Source of the DNA: Dehalococcoides sp. JdFR-54
GTDB taxonomy: Bacteria > Chloroflexota > Dehalococcoidia > JdFR-54
NCBI GenBank assembly: GCA_002011475.1
Contig: MTNP01000008.1
Location: forward strand, 4,037 to 68,036
Length of the DNA stretch: 64,000 bases
Reading direction: 5' to 3'
The position numbers were made by a program, and so were the translations under genes. The notes under the pieces are model-generated. The model saw only the letters and a list, made by a program, of their open reading frames with translations. It had not been told where the DNA came from and did no database searches. Below, piece after piece: positions 1-9,608 of the stretch (the stretch's first letter is position 1; each line of letters begins with the position of its first letter).

Positions 1-222
1 CACATCAGCCCCCATGTCGCCGAGGAACATGCTAGAAAAGGACGCCGGAGCCAAATGAGTCATGTCAAGAACCCTGATTCCCTCCAGTGGCATGGGCATT
101 TGCTGTCTCCTCCTTGCTGGACTATATCGAGGGCAAGACCCTGCACCAAGATATATGCTGCCCGTATAGGTGTCAAGTTGGCTTGGGGGGACGGGCGCCC
201 CTTTGCTCCAAAAGGGAACTTC

Positions 223-1128
223 CTACTGACAACGGCATTTTCGTCCTACTGCGGTGGCCACCGTGGCCAGTTCCCTCATCAGCTCTGCAAACTCAGCAGT
301 CGATATCGTCTGGGCAGCATCGCTGATGGAATCTTTCGGCGAGTAATGGGTCTCTATGATGAGCCCATCAGCGCCACAGGCGATGGCGGCCCGGCTCATG
401 GCTGGCACCAGGCGGGCAGTGCCTGTGCCGTGGCTGGGGTCCACTATCACTGGGAGGTGCGTCTCTCCCTTAAGATAGGGCACGGCGCTGAGGTCCAGGG
501 TGAAGCGTAGCTCGGTGGATAACCCCCTTATTCCCCTTTCGCACAGGATCACCTGGCCGTTGCCTTCCGCCATGATATGTTCCGCCGCCAGCAGGAACTC
601 TCTGTAGGTGGCCGATAGGCCCCGCTTGAGCAGCACTGGCTTCGATGTCCTGCCCACCTCGCGCAGGAGGGGGTAGTTCTGCATGTTCCGGGAGCCGATC
701 TGAAGGCAGTGGGCATATTGGGCCACCAGCTCCACGTCCCGTGGGTCCATGACCTCGGTGACGACCTTGAGGCCGGTCTCACGAGAAGCAGCCAGGAGAT
801 ACTCCAGTCCGACCTTGCCCAGCCCCTGGAAGTCATAGGGTGAGGTCCTGGGCTTGAAGGCGCCACCGCGCAAGATGGTGGCTCCCGCCTCCTTTACCTC
901 ATGGGCAATACGCAGTATTTGCTCAGCGCTTTCAACCGAGCAGGGTCCGGCCATTATCGCCAGCTCCGCCAGGCCCACCTTGACCCCATCTATGTCCACC
1001 ACCGTGCCCGCTGGCCGACCGTGGCGGCTGGTGAGGGGCTGGAGTGGCCTCCGCGGCGCCCTTCCCCGACCAGGAACGGAACGGGCTCCTTTTTCAGTCT
1101 CCCCATGCTCACCTGCGCTGGCTCTCAT
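223..1128 (-). CDS. 3-deoxy-7-phosphoheptulonate (DAHP) synthase, class I-beta (KDO8PS-like). The first ATG gives a 45-aa Arg/Pro-rich N-extension; an in-frame GTG at 1002 gives a canonical 259-aa protein.
   Basis: Translation aligns along its length with archaeal/Thermotoga-type I-beta DAHP synthases ([24 protein letters not shown]...[14 protein letters not shown]). Stop TAG at 223-225 on the reverse strand. Confidence 0.82.
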   Translation of the reverse strand: MRASAGEHGETEKGARSVPGRGRAPRRPLQPLTSRHGRPAGTVVDIDGVKVGLAELAIMAGPCSVESAEQILRIAHEVKEAGATILRGGAFKPRTSPYDFQGLGKVGLEYLLAASRETGLKVVTEVMDPRDVELVAQYAHCLQIGSRNMQNYPLLREVGRTSKPVLLKRGLSATYREFLLAAEHIMAEGNGQVILCERGIRGLSTELRFTLDLSAVPYLKGETHLPVIVDPSHGTGTARLVPAMSRAAIACGADGLIIETHYSPKDSISDAAQTISTAEFAELMRELATVATAVGRKCRCQ

Positions 1129-1164
1129 TCTCTTGACCCCCGAGGAGAGTCGAAGTAAGTCAAA

Positions 1165-1198
1165 CTGAGAGACCCTCCCGCCTGGGAGGGTCTCTCAG
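1165..1198. other. Perfect 15-bp-stem inverted repeat (CTGAGAGACCCTCCC gcct GGGAGGGTCTCTCAG) upstream of the DAHP synthase start, followed on + by a T-rich stretch. Possible intrinsic terminator/insulator hairpin.
   Basis: Read directly from the sequence: 15/15 complementary arms with a 4-nt loop. Confidence 0.45.
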
Positions 1199-1668
1199 TT
1201 GCTTTAGCTATTTAACTGTTTCTTAATTTTCTCTGGATTTCATCTTCAGGTCACTCGCCTCCCAGGCCCGTTCGCAAGCGTGCCAAACCAAAAATAGAAA
1301 TAGTAGCTGCTGGCCTGGTCAAGCATATCGACCTTCACGATGATATGATAACACTAGCCACACGAAGATGTCAATAAGACCGAAGACAACTACGCTACAG
1401 AAATCTGCTGCACTGCTCTTGACCGGGGAAACCCAATGAGCTACCCTATTAACCGCCTGCCCGCTGGCCGGTTTTGAGGGCCCGCGACAGTGCCTCTGCC
1501 CGTTATCAATCAGGAAGGCCTGCCAAGAACGGGCATCTCCTGATCAACCTACCGGCGGTGTAGAAGAGCTTATAGGGAAAGGCGACTGAGAGGGGTGGAC
1601 AATATTCTACCTTTACCACCGCGAATCTCGGGGTCCCTATAGAGTTAGCTAGCAATCGGAGCTGCGAC

Positions 1669-2469
1669 ATGGATCTCGCCGAACAAATCAAGACCCGCGC
1701 TCGGGAGCTTTGGCCGGTGGAGGTAGGTATCTGTTCCGCTCTAGCCCTGCCTCTCAACAAGGCTTCGCTGGACAGGATGTTGCCCGGGTGTCGTTCTGTT
1801 GTTTGCATAATGTTTCCCCATGCGGAGACCGCGCTGGCCTCTGCCGACCTTTACGTAAAACAATATGACACCATCTTCTGCTACAATGGGGTGGCTCGCA
1901 TCAGCCACCAGTTAGCCCGCTATCTGGAAATGCAGGGTTATCAGGCGGTAGCAGTCCCAGCCTTCATCCCTTTGGACATGAGTGATGCCACCATGGGGAT
2001 GGTAGGAGCTGTCAATTGGAAACAGGCCGCTGTTGAGAGCGGCTTGGCGAGTTGGGGAAAGAATGGGCTGGCGGTGAGCCCTCTCTTTGGGCCGCGCACC
2101 CGCCTGGGTGGGCTCATCACCACCGCTGAGCTCAAGCTCGACGAAAAGCTGGATTTCTCCCCCTGTATCAACTGTAATTTATGTGTCGAGTCGTGTCCGG
2201 CAGGGGCATTGCTGGGCGATGGCTGGGTAGACAAGAAACTTTGCGCTGACCATGTCTTGTCGTACGGGCTGCGTGCTTTAACGCGGCTTCTCATGGATGT
2301 AGCTACGACTAAAGATGAAGCAAGTGCCAAAAAAGCGATCTACAGTTACCGCACCCGCGAGCTCTGGCAGGCGCTTGAGACGGGAAACTATTATTACTGC
2401 TGGACATGTCAAAGCGTTTGCCCGGTGGGCAAAGGCCACCCTCCTGCAGATGCGGATTCACAGGGTTGA
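1669..2469 (+). CDS. QueG-like (epoxyqueuosine reductase family, DUF1730 + 2x[4Fe-4S]) iron-sulfur protein, truncated (266 aa, no C-terminal HEAT domain).
   Basis: SGLASWGKNGL...SPLFGPRTRLGGLITTAEL segment followed by CINCNLCVESCPAGAL and CWTCQSVCPVG ferredoxin motifs, resembling the QueG core. Confidence 0.55.
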   Translation: MDLAEQIKTRARELWPVEVGICSALALPLNKASLDRMLPGCRSVVCIMFPHAETALASADLYVKQYDTIFCYNGVARISHQLARYLEMQGYQAVAVPAFIPLDMSDATMGMVGAVNWKQAAVESGLASWGKNGLAVSPLFGPRTRLGGLITTAELKLDEKLDFSPCINCNLCVESCPAGALLGDGWVDKKLCADHVLSYGLRALTRLLMDVATTKDEASAKKAIYSYRTRELWQALETGNYYYCWTCQSVCPVGKGHPPADADSQG

Positions 2470-2738
2470 GACGCTTGAGCAAGGAAAAGGCTATACCATC
2501 GTAGGGAAGTATGATAGGCATAATTAGCGACAAGGGGGAAAAGCATACCCAGGCCCCAGATGTTAGTACCTGCCGGGAAAGCTATCAGGTCCACAGCAGC
2601 CAAGGGAAACCAGGTCTAGAAAAACTTTACCAGAGGGCATCCCAGCCCCAGGTTGGGCCGCCTGAAGGGCACGAAGTCATAGCTCAGGTTGGGTTAGGCT
2701 TCCTGTCGTGATTTCCTTGGCGAGACTGGATGAAAGTC

Positions 2739-2767
2739 TTGACAAATCGGTATTAATGGCCTATTCT
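2739..2767 (+). promoter_or_regulatory. Near-consensus sigma-70 promoter TTGACA-N17-TATTCT upstream of the TRAP SBP gene.
   Basis: TTGACA at 2739-2744, 17-nt spacer, TATTCT at 2762-2767. A ~115-nt 5'UTR with an AGGAGGTG SD precedes the GTG start at 2885. Confidence 0.5.
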
Positions 2768-2884
2768 ACATCTGTCAAGCTCCCGAAATTATTATCGGAA
2801 GGAGGTGACGAACAGAGAAGCTATAAACAAACTGTATCGTCAGACAAGAGGGGAGGGATTTATGCTTTCAGGAGGTGAATTAGA

Positions 2885-4051
2885 GTGAGACAGAAATGTT
2901 TACTCCTCGTGTTATCCCTGGTACTGGTAGGCAGCTTGCTGGCAGTAGCTTGCGTCAGAGAGACCACCGTAACCAAGACCCAAGTCGAAACCCGAACCGT
3001 AACCGAAGCAGCGGCCGAGATCACGGTAACCGAGACGGTGACTGCGGCCCCGGTCACAGTAACTGAAACTGTAAAAGAGACGGTCACTGTCACTGCCACA
3101 GCCCCCCCACAGCCCGTCATTATGAGGGTGACCTCTGATGCGCCGGCAGCCCCCCACCCCAAAGGCGCCGCTATGGATTGGTTCAAGGCAGAGCTGGAGA
3201 AGCGGATCCCGGGGAGTGAGGTGAGGCTCTACCCCGCCGGTTCTCTGTATACCGACCCCGATGCCGTCGAGGCCCTGGCCCTGGGCACCCTGGAGGCATG
3301 CTGGGGGCAGGCGGGCAAGATCTCAGGGTTTGAGCCTAAGGCCTCCATTTTCGCACTGCCGTTTCTCCTCACCAGCAAGGAAGCCGTGTTAGCCCTGCCC
3401 GATAGCGAGCTGGGGAGGTATATCAGCGACCTCATGGAGACCAAGGGCATCAAGACCCTGGGTTACGGATACGTGAGCACCTACCTGGGTATGTGCAGCA
3501 CCTATCGTATCACCACGCCAGATGACCTGAAGGGCAAGAAGTTCAGGGTCTTCGTGAAGTTGACCCAGGAGCCGATGATGGAGGCCCTGGGGTGCTCACC
3601 CACCACCCTGGCCTGGGCCGAGGTGCCCAGCGCCCTGGGCTCCGGGGTGGTCGATGGTGTTTGCACCTCTACCGGTGGCTGGCGCAAGATCAAGGACTTG
3701 GCACCATACTACACCACCCTGGGCTATGGCGGCTTCGGCACAGACCTCTATCCCTTCTGGGTCAGCACCAAGTGGTGGAATACCTTGACCCCCGAGACCC
3801 AGGCTGTCATCGCTCAGACTGCCTACGAGGCCTGCCTCTACGAACAGGAGCTGCAGGACAAGGACGACCAAAGGATGCTGGATGAGTATGGCACCACGGA
3901 TCCCACCAAGCCGGGGATCTACGTCCTCAGCAAAGAGGAGGCCGAGGCCTTCAGGGCCCTCTGGGTGCCAGCGGTGTATGACAAACTTGCAGCGGTCGTG
4001 GGCAAGGACCTGGTTGCCATGGCCGTAGCCTTTGCCGAGCAGTTTAAGTAA
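2885..4051 (+). CDS. dctP: TRAP transporter substrate-binding lipoprotein (DctP family) with signal peptide, lipobox Cys and a Thr/Val-rich (TVTETVT) linker.
   Basis: N-terminal hydrophobic signal ending in ...LAVAC and repetitive TVT linker (DNA ~2965-3110). The mature part has a DctP-family fold. Followed by dctQ and dctM. Confidence 0.8.
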   Translation: MRQKCLLLVLSLVLVGSLLAVACVRETTVTKTQVETRTVTEAAAEITVTETVTAAPVTVTETVKETVTVTATAPPQPVIMRVTSDAPAAPHPKGAAMDWFKAELEKRIPGSEVRLYPAGSLYTDPDAVEALALGTLEACWGQAGKISGFEPKASIFALPFLLTSKEAVLALPDSELGRYISDLMETKGIKTLGYGYVSTYLGMCSTYRITTPDDLKGKKFRVFVKLTQEPMMEALGCSPTTLAWAEVPSALGSGVVDGVCTSTGGWRKIKDLAPYYTTLGYGGFGTDLYPFWVSTKWWNTLTPETQAVIAQTAYEACLYEQELQDKDDQRMLDEYGTTDPTKPGIYVLSKEEAEAFRALWVPAVYDKLAAVVGKDLVAMAVAFAEQFK

Positions 4052-4059
4052 ATATCCAA

Positions 4060-4098
4060 AATGTGAGGCTGATGGGTTAACCCCATCAGCCTCACATT
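4060..4098 (+). promoter_or_regulatory. Perfect 17-bp-stem hairpin (AATGTGAGGCTGATGGG ttaac CCCATCAGCCTCACATT) between dctP and dctQ. No U-tract, so likely an intra-operon attenuator/mRNA stabiliser.
   Basis: Read directly: 17/17 pairing with a 5-nt loop, located 9 nt after the dctP stop. Confidence 0.5.
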
Positions 4099-4164
4099 AC
4101 ATCCCCCCGATCTGGTGGAGACTATGCGTGATGTTTTTGCATGAATAGTCTCAGAAGGTAATGT

Positions 4165-4716
4165 ATGTTTATCAGGGTGCTTAAGAGGATAGGCCAGGCG
4201 GCGAATTTCGTAGAGGATCGTCTCATAAGATACCTAGCTGCCTTTGGCATGCTGGCTGTTGTCCTGGTAGCCCTGGTGGAGGTTTTCAGGAGGTATATCT
4301 TCGCCCGTTCCTTCCTCTGGCACTCGGATTTCGTGATCTACTTCATGTTGATGTCCTTCTTCCTCTACCTCGGCTTGGCCTTGAAAGAGGGCGCCCATCT
4401 CAGGGTTACCGTTTTTATACTGCTTTTTCGCAGGTTCTTTGGCGTCACAGCCGAAAGGGTGCTGGAAACCATCGTCAGCTTTGTAGGATTCGTCTACTGC
4501 CTATCTTTTACCTGGTTTGGCGCCAATCTATCCATGAAGACCTACGAAATAGGGAGGGTGACGGAGGGTGCCTACTATCCCTTCTGGGTGATTTTTTCGG
4601 TTCTCACCGCGGGCTTTTTCTTGCTGGGTATCCGCTACGCAGAGCAGTTCTACCTTCACATCAAGGGTCAGGTGAGCAAGGTTTCACCTGGAGGTGAGGA
4701 GCCCAAAGAGTGCTAG
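4165..4716 (+). CDS. dctQ: TRAP transporter small permease (DctQ family).
   Basis: 183 aa with 4 predicted TM segments; position between dctP and dctM; overlaps the dctM start. Confidence 0.8.
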   Translation: MFIRVLKRIGQAANFVEDRLIRYLAAFGMLAVVLVALVEVFRRYIFARSFLWHSDFVIYFMLMSFFLYLGLALKEGAHLRVTVFILLFRRFFGVTAERVLETIVSFVGFVYCLSFTWFGANLSMKTYEIGRVTEGAYYPFWVIFSVLTAGFFLLGIRYAEQFYLHIKGQVSKVSPGGEEPKEC

Positions 4717-6002
4717 CCCTGGTCTTGACCTTCCTCTTCTTCCTAATTATGGGCACTCATCTGGGAATCGCCCTGGCCCTGGGTGGTGTCGCTTGTGTGT
4801 ACCTCGTCACCGGTTATAGCTTCGATTTTGTGATCCAGTCCTTTCTATTCTTCCTGCATAAATACCCCCTTATGGCCGTCCCTTTCTTTATCCTCGCTGG
4901 CTTCCTGATGGAGAGGACCGGGCTCATCCGGCAGATCTTTGACTTCGCCGAGAGTCTTCTCAAGTTCCTGCCCGGAGGGCTGGGGGCGGCTGCTATGGCC
5001 ACCTGCATGGTCTTTGCCGCCATCACCGGCTCCAGTGTGGCCATGGCCTCCGCCATGGCGGTAATCGCCATCCCCGTCATGAGGCAGCGCGGCTATGATG
5101 AAGCCCTTGCCTCGGGGATAGTCTGCTCCGGGGGAACCCTGGGGCTTTTGATCCCTCCCAGCATAACCCTCATCGTCTACGGGGTCATAACCGAGACCTC
5201 CATTGTCCACTTATTCATGGCGGGGATGGTCCCCGGGGTAGTCTTGGGCAGCCTGTTCATCGGGGTGATCATTATTATCGCCATCAGGAGGGGGTTTCGC
5301 CCGGAGCCTACCGAGCTCAAACGCATAGGCACGACCTTCGTCCGAGCTATAGGGGGGCTTCTCTTCCCGGTCCTGGTGTTGGGCGGCCTCTACGGCGGGG
5401 TGTTCACCCCCACCGAGGCCGGGGCCGCCGCCTGTGGGTATGCCCTCCTCTATGGGCTCATCACGGGCAGGCTCAACTTCGCCAAGAAACTGCCCGAAAT
5501 TCTCACCTCTTCGTTGCAGTTAACAACCGTGGTGTTCCTCCTCGTGGGCGGGGCTGGGATCTTCGTTAAGGTCGCCGCCATCGAGTACATACCTCAGCAC
5601 TTCGCTGAGTTCATAATCGGACTGGGTCTTACGCCGCTTACCTTTGTATTTGCCTACATGGTGGTCCTGTTGATCCTGGGCTGCTTTCTCGATGCCATGG
5701 GGATGATCGTCCTTACCGTGCCCATCATTTTCCCGGTGGCCATGACCCTGGGCATCAACCCCCTTCACTTGGGTGTCCTCATCACCATCAATTCCGAGCT
5801 GGGCTGCATCACCCCTCCCGTAGGCCTTAACCTCTACGCGGTGAGCGGCCTCTCCAAGATACCAATAGCCACGGTTCTTCGCGGCTCTCTCCCCTTCTTC
5901 CTGGTGGGATTCGCCTTTTTGATCTTTATGGTCTTTACTCCCACCCTGGCCCTGTGGTTCCCTCACCTCATACATCCCCCCATCGTGTGGGGCGGTGGCT
6001 AG
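4710..6002 (+). CDS. dctM: TRAP transporter large permease (DctM family).
   Basis: 430 aa polytopic membrane protein with DctM-like conserved segments (GIVCSGGTLGLLIPPSI, NLYAVSG). Confidence 0.88.
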   Translation: MLALVLTFLFFLIMGTHLGIALALGGVACVYLVTGYSFDFVIQSFLFFLHKYPLMAVPFFILAGFLMERTGLIRQIFDFAESLLKFLPGGLGAAAMATCMVFAAITGSSVAMASAMAVIAIPVMRQRGYDEALASGIVCSGGTLGLLIPPSITLIVYGVITETSIVHLFMAGMVPGVVLGSLFIGVIIIIAIRRGFRPEPTELKRIGTTFVRAIGGLLFPVLVLGGLYGGVFTPTEAGAAACGYALLYGLITGRLNFAKKLPEILTSSLQLTTVVFLLVGGAGIFVKVAAIEYIPQHFAEFIIGLGLTPLTFVFAYMVVLLILGCFLDAMGMIVLTVPIIFPVAMTLGINPLHLGVLITINSELGCITPPVGLNLYAVSGLSKIPIATVLRGSLPFFLVGFAFLIFMVFTPTLALWFPHLIHPPIVWGGG

Positions 6003-6090
6003 TCTCCGCCCAGCTTGACTGGCTAACCGGGCTGCGGTAAAATGCGCCTCGTAGGCGATTGTTGCCCGATCTAGTTTGAGAGGGGGTAAT

Positions 6091-8537
6091 ATGGTCGAAG
6101 TATTAGTTCCCACAGAGATCGGCCCCGACTATGCGCCGCCAGCCAGCCCCAGGGTGGAGAGGCTGCGAGATAGCTTAGTTGCTATCAGAAGGTACGATAC
6201 CTGTAGCGAGCGGGCTTTACTGGTAACCGAGTCATATAAGGAGACGGAGGGACAGCCCTATATCATCAGGAGGGCTAAGGCCTTCGATAAGCTGCTCCGG
6301 AATATGACCATCTTCATCCTCGATGATGAGCTCATCGTCGGCCACAGGGCCAGCATGCGCAAGGGAGTGCCCTTCTGTCCAGAAATAGATGTGGACTGGA
6401 TAGAGAAGGAGCTGAACAACCGAGAGAGAGACTCCCTGAGCGGGAGCTGTCCGACCTGTATCGAATTTCTGACAGGGTTAAGGAGGACCTGAGAAAGGTC
6501 GTCATCCCCTACTGGAAGGGAAAGACGGTAAGAGACGCCCGCGATGAGCTGCTCGCCAAGGAGATCAGGCTCGCCAAGGAGAACGGCTTGTGGTTGGAAG
6601 GGGTGGATATGGGGGGCCAGGGGCGTATGATCCTGTATCCGCACCGGGTGCTGGAGGTGGGGCTCAAGGGAATCAAGGCTGAGACCCAGAAGAGGCTTGA
6701 CGAGGTGAACATCGCCCACGACCCCGAAGCCTACCGCAAGACCCTCTTCTGGAGAGCAGTGATTATGTACAGCGACGCTGCCATTGCCTTCGCCCATAGG
6801 TACGCCGAGAAGGCCAGGGAACTGGCCAAAAGGGAGTCAGATGTTCAGAGGAAGGCCGATCTGGAGAGGATAGCAGAGGTTTGCCAGTGGGTGCCCGAAA
6901 ATCCGGCCCGAACCTTCCACGAGGCCCTGCAAACCGCATGGTTCGCCTTCCTCCTCGCCGGACTCGATGACGATGCCGACGCCTTTGGCCTGGGCCGGGT
7001 GGACCAGTTCCTGTATCCCTATTATAAGAGGGACCTGGAGGAAGGGCGGCTCACCCAGGAAGAGGCCCAGGAGCTCTTGGATCTCTTCTGGATAAAGTTC
7101 AACGAGGCCCACAAGGCCCGGCCGGAAAGCCTGCCCCCGGGCAAGGACTCCCACGGTAAGATCGGCAAGGCGGGGGATCCCCTCTTCAACCATATGACCA
7201 TCGGCGGCATTACCGCAGATAGACAGGATGCCACCAATGACCTCACCTATATGATCCTCGCCGCCCGCGAGCATATCTTCCCCCTCCCCTATCCCAACCT
7301 TTCCCTCCGGGTTCACCCCCAAACCCCTAAGAGGTTGCTGATGAGAGCCCTTCAGGTCACCGCCAAGTGCGGGGGGTTACCTCAGTATTGCGGGGACAGC
7401 GGCATCATCAAGTCGCTCCTCAGCCGGGGGATATCTCTGGAGGATGCTCGCGACTACACCGCCCATGGCTGCTCCATCTTCAGCGCCCCGGGCCTTTACG
7501 GTAGATGGCATGTCACCTTCCCCAATATCACCAAGCCCCTGGAACTGGCCTTAAACAACGGGGTTGACCGACTCACTGGGGCCCGGATCGGGCTCCCCAC
7601 CGGCGACCCCACCACCTTCAGCTTCGAAGACCTGTTCCATGCCTTCACCAAGCAACTGGACTACATGCTGGAGCTGTCCTCTCAGGAGGTGGCTGTCACT
7701 CAAAAGGTCATGGAGGAGAAATTCCCCCTAGTGTTCACCTCCATCTTCGTGCCCGATTGTCTAGAGAAGGGCAGGGACATAACGGCGGGCGGTGCCCGCT
7801 ATGAGTGGGGCAACGCCATGGCGGGGATGGGAGCCATCACCGCCGGAGACTCCCTGGCGGCTATTAAGAAGCTGGTCTTCGACGAAAAGAGGGTCACCAT
7901 GTCTGAGCTGCTGGAGGCCCTGGACGCCGACTTCCAGGGCAAAGAGGAGCTGCACCAGCTTCTCCTCAACGCTCCCAAATACGGCAACGACGATGATTAC
8001 GCAGACTCCATAGTGAAAAGGGTGTGTGATACCTTTTGTCGGGAGGCCCAGAAATACCCCACCCCCAAGGGGAAGATGGAGCCGGAGTTCCATTCGGTAA
8101 CCCTGTCCGTGGCCTTGGGGTTCCACACCGCCGCTTCCCCGGACGGCAGGAGGGCCTGCAAACCCCTGAACCACGATATGTCGCCCACCGCCGGATGCGA
8201 CCGCAGCGGCCCCTCTGCAATGCTGAAATCGGCCAGCAAGATCGACCAGAGCGCCACCGTTACTAGCTCCTTGCTTATGACTGCCGACCCCAGCATAGTC
8301 TCCCGGGAACGGGATCTGGAGAAGTTCGCCAGTCTGCTGTGGACTTACTTCAATGTCCTAGACGGCACCAATGTGCAGCTCAATTTCCTATCCACGGAAA
8401 CCTTACGAGATGCCCAGCTTCACCCCGAGAAGTACCCCAACCTAGTGGTGCGGGTAGCTGGATTCAACGCCTTGTTTGTGGAGCTAAGCAAGCCTGTTCA
8501 GGATTACATTATCGAAAGGACCTGCCATAGCGTCTAG
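6091..8537 (+). pseudogene. Glycyl-radical enzyme (PFL2 / glycerol-dehydratase / CutC / BSS family) with its reading frame broken near 6425-6440. The N-terminal ~115 aa lie in one frame (6091..6492) and the remainder in another (6405..8537).
   Basis: N-terminal part (CSERALLVTESYKETEGQP...DELIVG) and the long ORF (…ARDYTAHGC…, C-terminal glycyl-radical motif VRVAGFNALFVEL) together align co-linearly with glycerol dehydratase-type GREs. The frame switch lies within/after a GAGAGAGAG tract. Confidence 0.8.
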
Positions 8538-8558
8538 TCTAAACTGAGAACAGCCATT

Positions 8559-8600
8559 GGCCTGGTCAGGAGGCTGGCGCCCTGACCAGGCCAGCATTTT
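8559..8600 (+). terminator. 12-bp perfect stem-loop (GGCCTGGTCAGG ...10 nt... CCTGACCAGGCC) followed by AGCATTTT. Putative partial terminator between the GRE and its activase.
   Basis: Read directly from the sequence. Confidence 0.45.
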
Positions 8601-8627
8601 GAGACATCATCGGGCTATTAAGGCAAG

Positions 8628-9542
8628 ATGAGCAGGGCTGAAAAGGGCCTTATCTCCGAGATTCAGAGGTATAGTATTCATGATGGACCCGGGATAAGAA
8701 CGGTGGTCTTCGTCAAAGGCTGCCCTTTGCGCTGCCAATGGTGTCATAACCCGGAATCACAACGCCCCGTCCCAGAGCTCCTCTACTACCCGACCAAGTG
8801 CTCGAACTTCAGGAAATGCCTCGAGATCTGCCCTCTCGGTGCCCTAACCGAGGCCGGGGGCAAGATACAAATTGACCGCTCCCTGTGCAACAACTGTGGA
8901 GACTGCAGTCAGGCTTGCCCCACCGGCGCTCTGAAGATCGTGGGGGAATGGATGGGTCTCGACCCCTTGCTGGCCAAGATAAAGAAAGACCTGCCCTTTT
9001 ATCAAACTTCCGGGGGTGGGGTGACCATATCAGGGGGTGAGCCGGCATCCCAGCCCGAGTTCGTCGCCCAGCTTTTGAGAGAATGTCAGAGAAACGCTAT
9101 TCACACTGCCATTGAAACGTGTGGTTATGTAAAATGGGAGGTCCTTTCCCACATACTGAACTACACCAACCTGGTCCTCTATGACCTAAAAGTTATGGAC
9201 CCGGAAAAACACAAGGCGTTCACCGGGGTCTCCAACGAGCTGATTGTGCACAATGCACAGCGGTTGGCCCAGCAGAGGATTCCGACCATAATCCGGGTCC
9301 CCGTTGTCCCCGGATATACCGCCTCTAATGAGAATCTGGAGGCCATAGCCCGGTTTGCCGCCACGCTGAACTCCGTAGAGGAGATCCACCTGTTGCCCTA
9401 CCACAGACTAGGCGAAGCCAAATACCAGAAGCTGGACAGAGAGTACAAGTTGGAGGGGATCGCCCCCCTGAGGGAAGAGGAGCTGGAAACCCTAGCTCAC
9501 CTGGTGGAATCCTACGGGTTTAGGGTGCAAATAGGTGGCTAG
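8628..9542 (+). CDS. Glycyl-radical enzyme activating enzyme (radical SAM, with ferredoxin-like 2x[4Fe-4S] insert).
   Basis: GIRTVVFVKGCPLRCQWCHNPES (CxxxCxxC radical-SAM motif) plus CLEICPLGAL and CNNCGDCSQACPTGAL clusters typical of PFL2-type GRE activases. Confidence 0.9.
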   Translation: MSRAEKGLISEIQRYSIHDGPGIRTVVFVKGCPLRCQWCHNPESQRPVPELLYYPTKCSNFRKCLEICPLGALTEAGGKIQIDRSLCNNCGDCSQACPTGALKIVGEWMGLDPLLAKIKKDLPFYQTSGGGVTISGGEPASQPEFVAQLLRECQRNAIHTAIETCGYVKWEVLSHILNYTNLVLYDLKVMDPEKHKAFTGVSNELIVHNAQRLAQQRIPTIIRVPVVPGYTASNENLEAIARFAATLNSVEEIHLLPYHRLGEAKYQKLDREYKLEGIAPLREEELETLAHLVESYGFRVQIGG

Positions 9543-9608
9543 GGGGCCCTATTCCATGAATTTAGAGCGTCCCGAGAAAGGACGAATCGAGAGGAAAAGG
9601 AGACAGCG

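Noticed and set aside
55-510. 151-aa + strand ORF at the window start.
   Set aside because: It overlaps the well-supported DAHP synthase gene on the opposite strand and has no recognisable motifs.
2965-3110. Periodic ACC/GTA/ACG-rich DNA repeats here and at 51595-51760, which could be mistaken for a repeat array.
   Set aside because: They are in-frame coding low-complexity TVT/ETVT linkers of lipoproteins, not CRISPR or intergenic repeats. There are no regularly spaced identical repeats.
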